A stretch of 63,472 nucleotides of DNA, filler included, from Reclinomonas americana ATCC 50394 (GCA_048213135.1; 7 parts of 2 records of this genome joined end to end with filler, not necessarily neighbours in it), one strand, 5' to 3'; counted from the whole stretch's first letter, positions 49,872-62,879 are shown. Notes: generated by a model not told the origin, from the letters alone. Made by a program: numbers and translations.

Positions 49872-51439
49872 TCACGGCTCCCAGTTGTGCTGTCGCGCCA
49901 CTCGCTCGAACGCCTGTTGCGCCTCGGCCAGTGTGTACGGTGTCGTCATGTTTTGTCGGTCAAGTCGCCCGTTGCCCTGTGTGCGTGTCGACGCGTGTGG
50001 TGAGCTGCTTGTGCGTACTGTGTGCCAGCTGACGTGAAAAGTGACAGACCTCGACAATCTGTGTGCGGATGGAGATCAGAATGGACTCGATGTCGTTGGT
50101 CGGCATCCATCCGGTCGTCGTCAGCAACTCCATGCTGCGAGGAAGTGAGTGCGAGAGAAAGAGAAGCGCATCCCCCACAATACTGGCGCACCAAATGGAG
50201 CCACCAATGGTCACGTGGCCCGTGTGGAAGGCCATGCGCGGCTCCACGACGCGGATGAATGGTGGCTTGAACGGGTACTCGTGCGGGAACGTCATCTCCA
50301 TGGTGATGCAGTCCTGCGGCGCACAAAGGAGTCAGTGTGGTGCACGAGGAGTCAATCACTACCAACAACTGGCGAGAGACCTTGCCCGTTCGCCGCTTGT
50401 ACTCCTGCAGGTCCTGATGCAGTCCGCTGGAGCTGTCAAAGCCAAACAGCCGCACCTCCCACCGGAACAAGTCGTCTTCAATGGGTGTCGCACTGAAGCC
50501 CTGCCACAACCGCATGAGACCACGCGCGCGTATACAAGAACAAGGAGACGGTGGGAGGGGACGCAACAAATTCCTGCGTGCCGGTCTTCTCCATGTTGAT
50601 AAGATCCGCCATGATGCGCTCCTCTGCCGGACGTGCACCCCTGGCCACGCCGAAGCGGTCGCGCAGCTGATCCTCCTTGGACGGGCCCGTTCTGCACACC
50701 CCCGATGAGCACGACAAACACCCAGGCACACACAAGTGTCATGAAAGGCATGCACGAAACGGACGAGGTGGCGGTGCCGCGGCCGACGAGGAACCACCCG
50801 CCTCCTCGTCGTCGTCATCCAACTCCAGCTCCAGCTCCTCTGGCTGTCGCCCCATGCCCTCGCCAGTGAGCAGCGAGGAAGACAAAGAGAGCACAGAGGA
50901 GAGAGTACACAAACCTCCGAGTCATCCCCATCCTCATCGTCCTCATCGTCGTCATCGTCGCCCGCATCGCGCGTCTTCAAGAACCCGCGCGTGATGAACT
51001 CCATGAACTTGATCAGCGAGTCGTACTGCAGATCGTTGGCGTCGTTGATCACATGCGAGTACTTCTCGTCCTCGATGAAGAAGAACTGCACGGAATGTAA
51101 GGTGAGGCTATTTTCGACTGGATGTGCATGTGAATGAAGAATAGAAGGACGCAACAAAGCCATCGTCGCACGACACGTGGAAGGTGGGACCGTGTGCAAA
51201 GCCCAGCTGGAAGGTGGAATCCACCTGACAACAACAACAACAACACAAGCATTCGTCATCAACTTTTCGGAACTCTCTCCACATGCAGTCACGCACCAAA
51301 AGACAGAGGGGATAGAGAGAGGGAGGGGAGAGAGAGAGAGCAAGCACACCTCGTTGACCATCTGAATGTGAATGTCGGCCTCGTTGGCAGGCGACGCCAG
51401 CCACGTTCTCAGTTGCGCCGCAATCGATGCAAAGCTCAT
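49872..51439 (-). CDS. UBE2Q-like ubiquitin-conjugating enzyme
   Basis: EDDLFRWEVRLFGFD, MEMTFPHEYPFKPPFIRVVEPR, GHVTIGGSI-C-MELLTTTGW, YTLAEAQQAFERVARQHNW. Confidence 0.88.
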
Positions 51440-51632
51440 GGTGAAACAACGTACAGCAAGGGAAGAAGGGACAGAGAGGGAGAGGGAGAAGGGAAGGAAG
51501 GTAAAGGTGCACTCGCAGCAAAGAAGCGCACACAGAGAGGTGAGAGAGACAATTCGACGCGAGTCTCCGCTGTCACAGTCAACCCATCTCCGTCCGTCCA
51601 CCCTCCTCGCGTGTGTTGAGTGGAGGGAAAGC

Positions 51633-54542
51633 ATGAGAGAATGCGTGCTGTTTGGCGTGTTCTGTGAGAAGGATGGTCCGCGGCCATTGTTCTGCACGCA
51701 GGCACTGGGTCGTGGCATGGACGAAGGTGCGCACCTTGCTCACTCACACTCCGCCTGTTTTCTCTCTCTCTTCCTCTGCGCACGCTCTCTCTCTCTCACA
51801 CACACACATACGTACGCACACACGCACACAGAGGTGTACATTGAGGATGTGGAGTACATTACGTCGCATCCGGGCTCGGTGACCTCGCACACCGTGACAC
51901 CTCCTCCGCCGGCTGCTGCTTCGTCACCACTGCAGTCGCCTCCTGCGTCCTCTGCGGTGTCCTCCTCCTCCTCTACAACAACAGCAACGACAGTGGCGGT
52001 GGCGGTGCCGAACGCACCTGTCGTTCCGCGCGGCCGACGACGCGCCTACTCTCCTGTGCTCGAAGACGGCTCGCCCACCAACACACCCTGCACACCGCCC
52101 TCTCCTGCTCCGCTGGCGCCAACGACCGCAGCCGCAGTCGTCTCGCCGACCAAAGCAGGTGGCGCGACGGCAGTTGCGGCGGCCGATGCGCTGCGGCCTC
52201 TTGCCACTCCACGCAGATTAGAAGATGGTGATGATGAGGATGGCTATAGTCGTGGTGGTGGTGTTGGTGGTGGTGGTGGTACAGCAAACGGGCACGTGAA
52301 GCAGGCGTCTTCGTCGGCGGCGGCGGGGGATGATGATCGGTTTCAGCATCCACTGCATGCCGCAGCCACGGCGGCACTGCAGCAGCGCAAGCTGCGACCG
52401 CCCAACTACTTTGTGTCGGGGCACACCATCTCCACGCACTACAACTCCGACGCCGCCAGTCTGTGCATGAGGAGTCTGTCGGGTGAGGAAGGGAGGCGAG
52501 GGTGCCGTGAATCGACGATTAGATCCCCTGACGATTTTGGTGCAGTGGAGCACGTGGGACCAGGCAAGGAGGGTCCGGTGCTCTTTGGCAACTCCAATCC
52601 CGACTTGCCGCAGTACGCACTGGCCTACGTGTTCAAACTGCGTGACGTGCAAGCTCGTGGCTTCCAGCGGTGGTTTGCGCTCATGGTGGTGGACGACAAC
52701 TTTTCGAAACTGAGTTTTGCCTTCAAGCACATTGGAGGGTTGGTGTTTCTCTCTCTCTCTCTGCCTGTATGCGTTTGCGCGAGAGTGCATTGTGGTAACC
52801 CCGAGAGCACAGCTATCTTGGTGAACTCGTCGGCGACATGAAGGAGCGCGCCAAGCACATTTTCCTCACGGAACAAGCGGGAGAGCAGGCGCCTGCGGTG
52901 TACCAATCGTTCACGGCTGTTTCGTCTCTTGTGTCGGCTTGTGGTGTGGCGCTTCAGGTAAACCATAAAACTCACATGTTTTCCGTGCAGGCCGCACGAC
53001 AGGAGATGCGTGACCAGCTGGCGTCGACAAAAGCGAGTGAGATGAATGGAACACACACACGCAATTCTTCACTGTTTGAAGGCGTGATTCCTCCATCGGT
53101 GCGTTCCCTCCCTCTCCCATGCCTTCTCTCTGCCTCGCACTCCGGTTGACTGCTGATGCGCGCGGCGCAGAGTCCACGTGGACCGGACGAAGGCACTGCG
53201 CCACCGCCCGTGCCACTCACGGCCAGCTCCGGCAACCGCGGCTCCGAAACCGCCCGCCTGTCCACACAAGCGGTGCGCTCACAGCACGTGATGCGCGCTG
53301 CGGCACCCATCTCTGCTCGTTGCGTTTCATTCCGTCTTTCGAGAAGCACAGCGTACATTGGTGGCGCACGTAGGGCTGACGCGTGTGTGTGGCCGGCCAA
53401 CGTAGGTTCGTTTCACCGGTCGCGCTCGGTCGAGGCATTGAGACCACTCCCCAAGTTGCTGCGATTACCGGTGAGCGCGCGCAAAGTGTGACACAAGGAG
53501 GGTGGGAAGGGGAATTGCATGCAAGTGTGTCTCACTGGTTGGCATGATGCGTGCACAGGACTTCTTCGCTCAGCTGCACGCGCGCCTGTCGTGGATTCTC
53601 CGTGTGTACATGGAGAGTGTGCTGCCTGCCGAGCTCTCCGTGGTCGATCAGGAGGATGAGGTTTGTCACAGTGCAGTTTGTGTTGCGCCTGTGCTGTCAG
53701 CGGTTGAAACCATGGTGATGGTGGTGGTGGTGGCAGGTCGGCACATTCGAAAGAAGGATACCGCTGTGGAAACTGCGTCGATTCGTCAAGGAAGCCGATT
53801 TGCGAGTGATTTTGTACAATCTCGTGGTCGGCAAGCAGATCGTGGTGCGATGCAACAATCCGAGATTTGCCGACACGTTGGTGTCACTCTTCAAGGTGAC
53901 ACAGCCGCGCGTTCGCTGCCCAGCCGCCACTCACTTCTGACATGTGTCCGCTCACTGGCAGGTGATGATACCGGCGGCCTGCGCTCGAACCGGCACGTAC
54001 ACCGAGAAGTACCTGCCACCATCCGAATGCAATCTGCTGTGCATCTCGCACGACATTTCTGTCCCGCCGTCAATGGTGGACAGCGGTGCGGCCGTGGTCA
54101 TTGGTGAGCAGCTCCGACAGCGTGTGTGTCGTGCAGAGTGTGTACATCGCTACTCATACTCACCCTCGAATGGCAGACGTCACGTCGCCGGAGGATGGGG
54201 AGGCAGCGGAGGACTTCCTGGTGATGCATCAGACTACGGTGCAAGATTGTCGATTGCTCACGCAGCTGCTCAAAGTGGCAGAGTTCTTTTGCAAAAAGTC
54301 ACACGAACTGCGTTTGTTGTCGTGCATTCGCCGCGAGTGGCAGCAGTTGCGTCTTGTCAGTGCTGCAGTTGAGGCGGTGGCGGTGGCGGTGGATAGGCAA
54401 CTGAGTGGTGCATTGCAGCAACGGACGGCGCTTCGTCGATCAAACAAGGTACCGAAAGCGCTTGGGCGTGCCGGATCCAGAAACCGCCGCTGCCGAGTTC
54501 CTGCGTGTCGGCGCACAAGACGTGCCGGTGCTCAAGTTCTTC
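51633..54542 (+). CDS. FLCN: Folliculin/Lst7 (longin-DENN RagC/D GAP subunit), 3' truncated
   Basis: FGVFCEKDGPRPLFCTQ, CMRSLS, GKEGPVLFG, YALAYVFKLRDVQARGFQRWF, FFAQLHARLSWIL. Confidence 0.87.
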
Positions 54543-54642
54543 NNNNNNNNNNNNNNNNNNNNNNNNNNNNNNNNNNNNNNNNNNNNTTAATTAATTAANN
54601 NNNNNNNNNNNNNNNNNNNNNNNNNNNNNNNNNNNNNNNNNN

Positions 54643-55204
54643 ATCTCCATGACACGAACGGAGCACGAACGATGATGGTGAGGGCGGCGGCGGCAGCAGT
54701 GCGACAGGCGGATCATCCACGATCTCCTGCTGGCGAAGGCTCGATACGGGCGGTGCGGCAGCACCACGGCGACGTGGCCGACTGCGAGTTTGGCGCTGCG
54801 CAACGGGTTCCTCTGCCGTTCTCGGTCTGGCCATTCGCTGTCTCCTACGCAATCCTGCATAGCGGGGGTGCGTGTCCGGCAGATCCCTCTCGGCCTCCTG
54901 CGTGCAGCACCTCACACGTGTCAGCTGCATGCACACTATTGTCAGCGCAGCGTGCCAGCTCACCTCAATGGCATCAAAGTAGCGACTGCGCAGCTGCGCT
55001 TCCCATCGCACTCGCAGCATTGCGGCAATCGCTGCACGTTCGTGTGAATCGGCTGGCGAGCCGCATGCAGGTCGACGACATCGAATCGTGGCACTCACCC
55101 TTGGTTGCATTCAGACGCTCTCCGGACCTGGCAAAGCCAACTTTCTCGTGGTTGGCCAGCTCGTTGAGGAGATTGTACAGCAAATTGCGGGGGACCTTTT
55201 CCAT
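54643..55204 (-). CDS. 5' exons of an unknown protein (truncated at contig end)
   Basis: MEKVPRNLLYNLLNELANHEKVGFARSGERLNATK|AIAAMLRVRWEAQLRSRYFDAIE|EAERDLP..., with GT-AG joins. Confidence 0.5.
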
Positions 55205-55613
55205 GGCACCCTGCGCACCGACATGTCTCAGCAGCGTTGCCTCACTTCGAATTCACGGCGACAAGGAACTCGAGGACAGAAGAAATATCGTCTGCCGGAA
55301 AGCATGGCAGAAAAGCAGAAACGACGGCGGGTGGCACGAGCAGACGACAGAAAAGAGTGTTTTTTGACAGCATTTTGACGCAGAGTGTGTGACACATAAG
55401 CAGCAGAAGAATGAGCGAGCGCCAGCGCAGCAACAGCGAGAGTCGTGATCACAAACGAAAGGAGAAGCGACGACAGAGAGAAACTGCGACAGCGCAAGCT
55501 CCGTTCGTGTCCAATCCAGTGCCACACAAGCACCGCGGTGAGTGTCCAGGCAACAGCACAGAAGACCAGGAAGTGAGGACCGAGCCACAGTACCTCTCAG
55601 TACATGTGTCCGC

Positions 55614-56684
55614 TCAGGCAGCAGCACCACAGGCAGCAGCACCCCGGCAGAGACGATAGGAAAAGATGACGAGTTTGGTGGACGACATGGCTACCCAACG
55701 GTAAGAAGGAGGCCGCCACACAGAGGCACGTGAGAGAAAGGAGTCATGCTGCTGTGCTGCCCGAGACCATAGATGCATAGGGTAGAGCCTAATTGGATCA
55801 GAGACAGACTCGAGGTGGGTGAGACATGGCATGTCCAAGTGCAGCACCACGGTTCTTGCGCTCCGGGTGGTGAGGCACTTGGTTGTAGAGCACAGGGTGG
55901 GAGAGGGGAGGCAATAGAGTGCGGGAGAATGCGGGGCAGCGGAGATACCGGGAAAAAAGAGTTGACGGCGACATGGCCACTACTAACAACTCACCCGTAC
56001 GTGGCTGTACTTGGCGCCGTCGGACGTGACATTGAAAGTGCTGCAGCAGTAGAGAGGGGAGCAGTCAGGTCGCAAGGCTTCTCGGGGGCGGAGGGGCGGG
56101 CACATGAGCGAGCGAGCGAGGAGTGCGCGAGATCGTGGTTGGCGATGTCGCACGCTCACTTGCGGAACACACGACACTCAGAGAACGGCACAAAGCACAC
56201 TAACCTAGTGAAGAGCAGCGTCCTCTCCAGGTCGCACGTCAGCGACTCGTAGAACAAGTCGGCCTGCGAGAGAGAACGAGAGAAACCAAAAGAGGGTGTT
56301 GCTGGATGAGAGGCCGAAAATCAATCATGGCACTACACTCCGTGCAGACAACAACGCTGACCTTCTCCACGTCGGTCTTTGCGGTGAAGCGCCTCACAAC
56401 ATACCCCAACGCATACGTCTCAAACCAATGCTGAAAGTCGGGGTCGGTGGGCTGCACCTCTCGCACACGCGTACCATCCACTGTGTCGGAGTCTGTGTCG
56501 GCCACCGCTGGCACTCTGTGTTGCAGAGGCAGAGAGCAGTCAGCAGGAGACGCTTCGCACGCGAACATGCCCCACGCCCTGCCACCCCGCAGCCGCCACG
56601 AGCACGGGGGGAATACCGCTGCGCGTGTGAGTGAGTGGGTGTGCAAGTTATTGAATGGTACCTTGCGCGTGATGTCCGCGACAT
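55614..56684 (-). CDS. Small multi-exon protein of unknown function
   Basis: MSRTSRAR|VPAVADTD...FQHWFETYALGYVVRRFTAKTDVEK|ADLFYESLTCDLERTLLFT. The 3' end is not resolved. Confidence 0.4.
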
Positions 56685-57324
56685 TTTCCGCCCACTAGAG
56701 TTGCTGTGCTCCACTAATGCAAAGAGACAGACAAGAGAGAACACAAAGGGAGCGCGAGCGACTCGTCCTCGCGCACGACGCGTCCCCCACACCAAATAAC
56801 ATTCCGAAAAAGGAAAACGTGCAATGTCACCGAACACGGACACCGCATATCTGCGGCTTTGATGTGCATCACGTGCTGGCTGCGGTGCAGAGTGGACGGT
56901 GGCTGGTGAACAGCAGTGCGCAGTACAACACACACCGCGCGCATGGTTCGTAAATGTTGTCCAACAGTGTCCTGTTTCGCCCGTATTTGGCACGATCGCG
57001 ATTTAACGCGCGCGCGCAGCTGGCTGTCCAGCGTGGTGGAGTCGATTGCACACCGGTACCAGACTTGCCAGTCACGGATCCAGGTCGTAGACTCGCGGGG
57101 GGCAAAGGTTAAAAGACACGTTCCCTGATTCGATATCATCCTGGTGACCAACTTCCGACGTCCTCAACGTTTGCAACCCTCACTGGCACACACCTGTGCA
57201 TGCCCACGCAAGTAGCGCATTGCTCTTGTTGCTGCTCGTGCCTGGCAGCAGCATGTAAGGAATGCATGCGCCACATTGCATTGTCCTCCAGGCTTGGCAT
57301 CACTTCTATTCAATCAATCGCAGA

Positions 57325-59553
57325 ATGCGCGCCTTCCTCTGCCTCACTGTGTGCGTGTTGCTCGCCGTGGCCATTGCCACCGGCAACCTGTCAATGGCCG
57401 CCGCCCCGGGTGCTCGTGTAACAGTGCGTGTGTGTGTGTGTGTGTGTGCGAGAATGCGGTTCTTCCATCCAACTCTCTCACACATCCGCGTCTTTCCTCG
57501 TTCGCTTGCGCAGGTCACTGGCGCCGGTGTGAATCATGTGCTCTCGGTGTGTGTTTTCTTAAAGAGAGTGTGTGTGTGTGTGTGCGTGCTCACATTGTGG
57601 GTTCGGAGAATATAGGAGAGTCTTCCGGTGCTGCTCAAGCAGCTGCAGGTGTGTGTGTGTGTGTGTGTGTGTTGAGGTGTATGCGAGAGAGTGCGTTGTT
57701 GACAGACTCGTGCGCAGGACATTACCATTCCCGATGTGCACGGCAAGGCGGTGAGTGTGTGTGCGCGAGTGTGAGCGAGAGAGAGACGATGTGTGTGCCC
57801 ACTTCTCCTCCTGCTCTCTCTAACGCAGAACGTGGTCATTGGTGTGTGTGTGCGCGCGCATGTGTGCTTGAGAATGCGCGGATTGATCACTTTCTTCAGG
57901 CGACATTTCGTACGACTTGACGCAGATTACGCTGCGAAACTTGCAGCTGCAGGCTGTCAGCGTCGGTCTCTCGGCGCCCAACAACATCCAGCTCGGCATC
58001 TCGGGACTGAGCTTGGAGGGAGATTTCCACTGGTAGAATGAGAGGTCGTAGAGACGTGAGAGAGCGCCACCCGCTGCTAATCCCCAGCATGTGTGCACAG
58101 GCATTACAGCACGTGGTTCGCCAGCGACAGCGGCACAGGTGCACAGAAGAACATGTCTCCCTCTCTCTTTTCCTCCCTCCGCCACTGACTGTGCACGTTG
58201 GGGTGCAGGCAAGCTGAACACCGACGGCTCCACCATGAGCTTCAACGTGGTCCTCGGCGCGGCCAATGGCGAGCCGACGGTGCAGTGCACGGGCGGCAGC
58301 GTGTCGCTCAACGACTTCCACGTGAGCCTCTCCGGCGGCGCCTCGTGGCTCTACAACTTTATCGTCGGCCTCGTGCAGGGCGACATTAAGAACTCGGCGC
58401 AGGATGGTATCCGCGGCGCCGTGCAGCAGGTGATTTTTTTGCTGGGTACCATGTGTGTGCATGCGTGTTGCTGACTATTTGATGCTGGTCGTGTAGGCCA
58501 TCAACTCGAACCTGGAGCACACCCTGAGCCAGCTGAGTCTCATTGCCAAGCTCGATCCGCATTGCAGCCTCGGTGACGTGCAGCTGAACATGCGCAAGTG
58601 ATTGTGGATGGCACTGAACGCGACCTCTCCCTTCTTTTCTACAGATTTCTCGATCCCCGCTGCCCCCGAGGTCAACAGTGTCTTTTGTTTCGTCTTCCCG
58701 CTGCTCTTCCTGTCCCTTTTTTTTTTTTGTCTCGGTCATGTTTTGCTCACATTGCGTGCATTACAGTCTCACTGCCGGCGCTTGGCGAGTTCTTCGTCAA
58801 CGGCAACCGCACGCCGAGCCCCGGCACCCCCGGCGCTCTCCCCGACAGCCTGGGCACGCGCATGGCGCAGGTGTTCCTCTCCGAGTGGTGAGTGACCCTC
58901 GTAACTTCTCCCTGCGTCGTTGCATCTCATTCACAAGCGACCTTGCAGGGTCGCCGACTCGGCTGGCTACGCGTACACCGAGGCCGGAGTGCTGGAGTAC
59001 ACGCTGACGCAGCGCGACATTCCCAGCAACATCCCCATTCAGCTCAACACCACCACTTTCAAGGATCTGTTGCCGCCGTTCTACGAGATGTTCCCCAACC
59101 GCACGTTTGAGATTGCGATCTCGGTGGATCCGAGCAACTTGCCGTTTGCCCACTTTACGCCAGCCGGTGCGCTCGCGAAGCTCTCGCTGTGTTCGTGCAC
59201 ACGTGTACTCACTGTCGTTGCCACAGGTGCCAATGTGACGGTGCAGGCACTGCTGGACATTCGCCCCTTCAACGCAGACGGCAGCACCGTGTCGGCGTTT
59301 GTGCTGGGTGCGGAACTGGGTCTGGCCGGCTCGGCCACCATCAATGGGCAGATTATCCTGCCGGAGCTCACTTTTGGCACGCTGGCGCTCACGCTCAAGG
59401 TAATAGCATCCCCGCATGCGGTTCGGCGTGTGTGTTTCACCCTCACATTCTTGCTTGCAGTCGAGCATCATTGGCATCTTTGACGTGTCGAAGCTGTCGC
59501 ACGTGGTGGGCCTCCTCTTCACCAACGTCGTCATTCCGTTTGTCAACCTGAAG
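57325..59553 (+). CDS. Secreted BPI/LBP/CETP-family lipid-binding protein (3' truncated)
   Basis: Signal peptide, PGARVTVTGAGVNHV, DITIPDVHG, VSLSGGASWLYNFIV, LDFSIPAAP, GEFF, RMAQVFLSEW, LNTTTFKDLLPPFYEMFPN. Confidence 0.88.
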
Positions 59554-59801
59554 GTCCGTTTTTCGCGTTNNNNNNNNNNNNNNNNNNNNNNNNNNNNNNN
59601 NNNNNNNNNNNNNTTAATTAATTAANNNNNNNNNNNNNNNNNNNNNNNNNNNNNNNNNNNNNNNNNNNNACACGAGCAAAGAGGGAGAAGGGAAGAAGAG
59701 AGAGAGAGAGAGATAGAAAGGGAAAGGCTATCATCGATCCTCTCACTGTTTTCTCTTCTTGAGAAGAGTGCGAGCTGCTCACTATAGCTATCTCTGTGTA
59801 G

Positions 59802-60256
59802 GATGCACTGTGGTCGGCATTCCGGGCCGAGCCATTCACCCGAAGCCGCGAGAAACGGCTGTCGCGCTGACGGCGCCACAGGCGGAGTCATTGGCTTCAC
59901 CGTCGACTGCCGTTGATGGAAGCGGCTCGGCGAAATCCGTGTCGCCTGCTCCACCGCCGTCACCACCACAGCCGGCGACTCGTGCCAAGTGCGACACTGA
60001 TTATCCGGACATTGACCGACTGGCCATATCGAGATTAGCCGCCAGGGAAAGCGTTGCGTCTTTTTATGCACACGGAATAGCGGGCCTGTGGGAGATGGCT
60101 GACTCTGTGCGTGTGCATCAGGACTTGCGTCGCGAGGTGCTCGAGCTGAAGAGCGCACTGGGCTATCGCGTGTCACTGCAACCGCCCGAGTCCATCTCCA
60201 TGCTGTTCAAGGAGGTGCACGACGACTCGCTTTTGATCGATGGCAGTGGGATCTGA
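59802..60256 (+). CDS. Terminal exon of an unknown gene
   Basis: Acceptor tgtgtag followed by an open frame ending ...HDDSLLIDGSGI*. Confidence 0.5.
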
Positions 60257-60314
60257 CGTGGCGCTATCATTGAAGCGAGCGCTGTGTGATGAGATGGTTG
60301 GTTGATTGATGGTG

Positions 60315-61769
60315 TTACACTGAAGCGTCGCTCGAGTTGGCCTCCTCGTATGCCTTGGCCTTTTTTGGTGGCTTGCGGGGGATGCGCGCGGTGCTGGTCC
60401 CTGACGCGGACGGTGCGCCGACACCCGCGGCAAAGTTGGCGGCCACCTCAGCTGCTGAGGGTTTCTTCTTGGTGGTCGCTTTCTGCCGCACACGTGTGGG
60501 AGACCTCGTCCACTAACATAGAGAGAGGGAGAAAGGGGGGAGAGACGCACCTTTGGTTTCGTTGGGTTGCCCGAGAACCAGTCGCGAGACAACGCGTCGC
60601 AGTCGACTGCAAACTGGTTGATAATGTCGGAGGCCTCATCCCACGACAGCTTTTGCATGTTGAGGGTGAAGAACTGTGCGTGGGTGTCAGCCCGAGCCGT
60701 AGACGACGAGGAGATGAGAGAGCACACGCACATTCCAGCACACGGGCACCGTGGAGAGCGGATCGTGCGGCACAGGCAGACCGATCTTGACGCGCAAAAT
60801 GTCTTGCTCCACTGCACGCACGCTCACAATAAGAACTCGTCGTCGACTGCACCACGCAAACACACACGAGTGCCACGCACAGTCTTCCCAGGCCTGGAAA
60901 AAGTTGCGCACGAGCGCCCCAAACGAGGAGTACGCCAGCGACTTGTACATGAGCGTCGGCCGACGACTCAGCCCGAGTGCGCCCCACGTATCGTCGTGCC
61001 TCACAGCCAGCACAATGTGCCTGCACGAGCCTTGCTGTGTGAGAGAGGGAGAGGGGGAGAAGACATCGCCCGCCTGCTGAGCCCTCACCGATACACCTGG
61101 CGACTGGCACGAATGCGCGTTTTGAACTTGAGCGGGATGCGACAGAGACCATCGAGGCCCTGCGTCAAGTAGCTGATCGCATGCACACACACACACACGC
61201 GCGCGCGCGCGTCAACAACACGCCAGAGAGAACGAGAGTGTGACCACACAGACGCAACATGCCGAGGAACACCGCGTCGAGGCAGCGAATGGGCAAGCAC
61301 TCGCGCACCATCTCCTTGGCCGTGTCAATGACGCGACTCAGTGGGCGATCGCGCTTGCGCAGCACATACCAGTTCTGCCCATCAATGTAGTTGTACTACA
61401 TCAACGCAGTCAGAGAGTGGAGAGAGAGAGAGAGTGGAGGGCAGAGAGTGAGACAACAAAACCTCCAGACTGCTAATGTACTTCTGCACCAGGCGCAGCT
61501 TATCGGCTGTCTTCCCGCGGCATCGCTCCAGATCGGGCAGCACAGGACGCGGAGGCTACACACGCACACACAAGCGATCAACACACACACGCATACACAG
61601 AGAGAGAGCGCGCGCGAAAGGCATCCCACACACAAACCGACGGGAAACGGTCGATCGCGGCCGTGATAAAGGGCGGGATGCACTCCCACACCAGTGTGCG
61701 TGGCTTCCCGTTGCGCTTGTTCAGCTGCGTCAGCGTGCTCACACCATCGCCACGATACCCGCTCGACAT
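60315..61769 (-). CDS. VASH: Vasohibin-family tubulin carboxypeptidase; start uncertain
   Basis: RPLSRVIDTAKEMVRECLPIRCLDAVFLGIYLT (Cys), YRHIVLAV (His), WGALGLSRRPTLMYK, VKIGLPVPHDP. Confidence 0.9.
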
Positions 61770-62185
61770 CTCTGTAAAAACGAGCGGACGACGGGGTCGA
61801 TGTCGACCTGCGATTAATTGCGCACCCCACACAATTGTTTTGATTGCAGAGAGTGTGCCGAGAGAGAGAATGTTGATGTTGGAGTTCCCTGACAGCGTGT
61901 CCATCTCGCTGATTGCTGCGCTGATTGGCGTGCTGTCCAACTTTATCGTCGGCAATGTGCGTGTGTGCAAAAAAACAAAGAGAGAAAAANNNNNNNNNNN
62001 NNNNNNNNNNNNNNNNNNNNNNNNNNNNNNNNNTTAATTAATTAANNNNNNNNNNNNNNNNNNNNNNNNNNNNNNNNNNNNNNNNNNNNGAGAGAGAGAG
62101 AGATAAAGAGAGAGAAGCGGATTTCGAATGCAGCACAAAAAAAGCACCAACAGAATTCTCACGCCAAAGCTGCCACTTAACTGAC

Positions 62186-62724
62186 CTGCGCAAACTTCCT
62201 CGCAAGCAATGCCTCGTCCACCTCCTCTGCATCCCATCCCTGCTCTGCTTTCACCTCCTTCCCCTTTGTCTCCACTGCCTCCCTTTCCCCTCTACCCCCC
62301 TTTCCCTTCCCCCTTCCGCCTCACCTCCGCATGATTGCAGTACGCCCACGCCGTAAAATCATCAATCCACGACAACACCGGGGCCGCCACATACGCCGTC
62401 TCCGACAGCCGATCGGCCACGGATCCCTTCTGACACTTGAACGGTTCAGGCACACTACAAACTTTTTGAATGTTTTCTTTGATACTCCAGTCCACGCCCT
62501 CCAACACGCTGTGGCGAGCAGTCAGCGAGAGGAAGAAGAGAGGGCAGCGCAGGAAAAGTACGCAACACGTAGTACGGCGCGCCGACCTGCACGTACTTGT
62601 CGACGCCGTTGAAATAGTCGATCAGGTACGAGTCCTGCGGCAGGGCCACACGCTGATCCAGACCAATGTCCATTTGTGGAGAGATGCCAATACCAAAGCA
62701 CAGCATGCCGACGAACACAATGAT
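62186..62724 (-). CDS. NPC1: Internal exons of a Niemann-Pick C1-like sterol transporter
   Basis: DIGLDQRVALPQDSYLIDYFNGVDKYVQVGAPYYVVLEG...KVCS...SWIDDF. Confidence 0.88.
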
Positions 62725-62879
62725 CTGCGCGAAAGGGGAAGGGTGAGTGAGTGAAGGGGGCAGGGAGAAGGACGGAGATGCAGAGGGGTAAAAATGGAAC
62801 GGAGAATGAAGCGAGAGTGACAGCGAGATCAAGAGGCGTAGAAGAGAGAAGGGGAGTGTGAGAGGCGCTGAGATCAGCG

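Noticed and set aside
28119..62045. Six identical TTAATTAATTAA motifs as a biological repeat
   Set aside because: They are always embedded in fixed-length N runs and are a six-frame-stop contig spacer.
117..62566. Shifted-donor introns as an introner/transposon family
   Set aside because: I see no shared internal sequence, terminal repeats or target duplications beyond the first 7 nt, and the class switches at homologous positions.
36425..62724. Apparent endolysosomal/TOR cluster (VPS33, SIN1, FLCN, BPI, NPC1)
   Set aside because: Most of these lie on different contigs joined artificially, so adjacency is not established.
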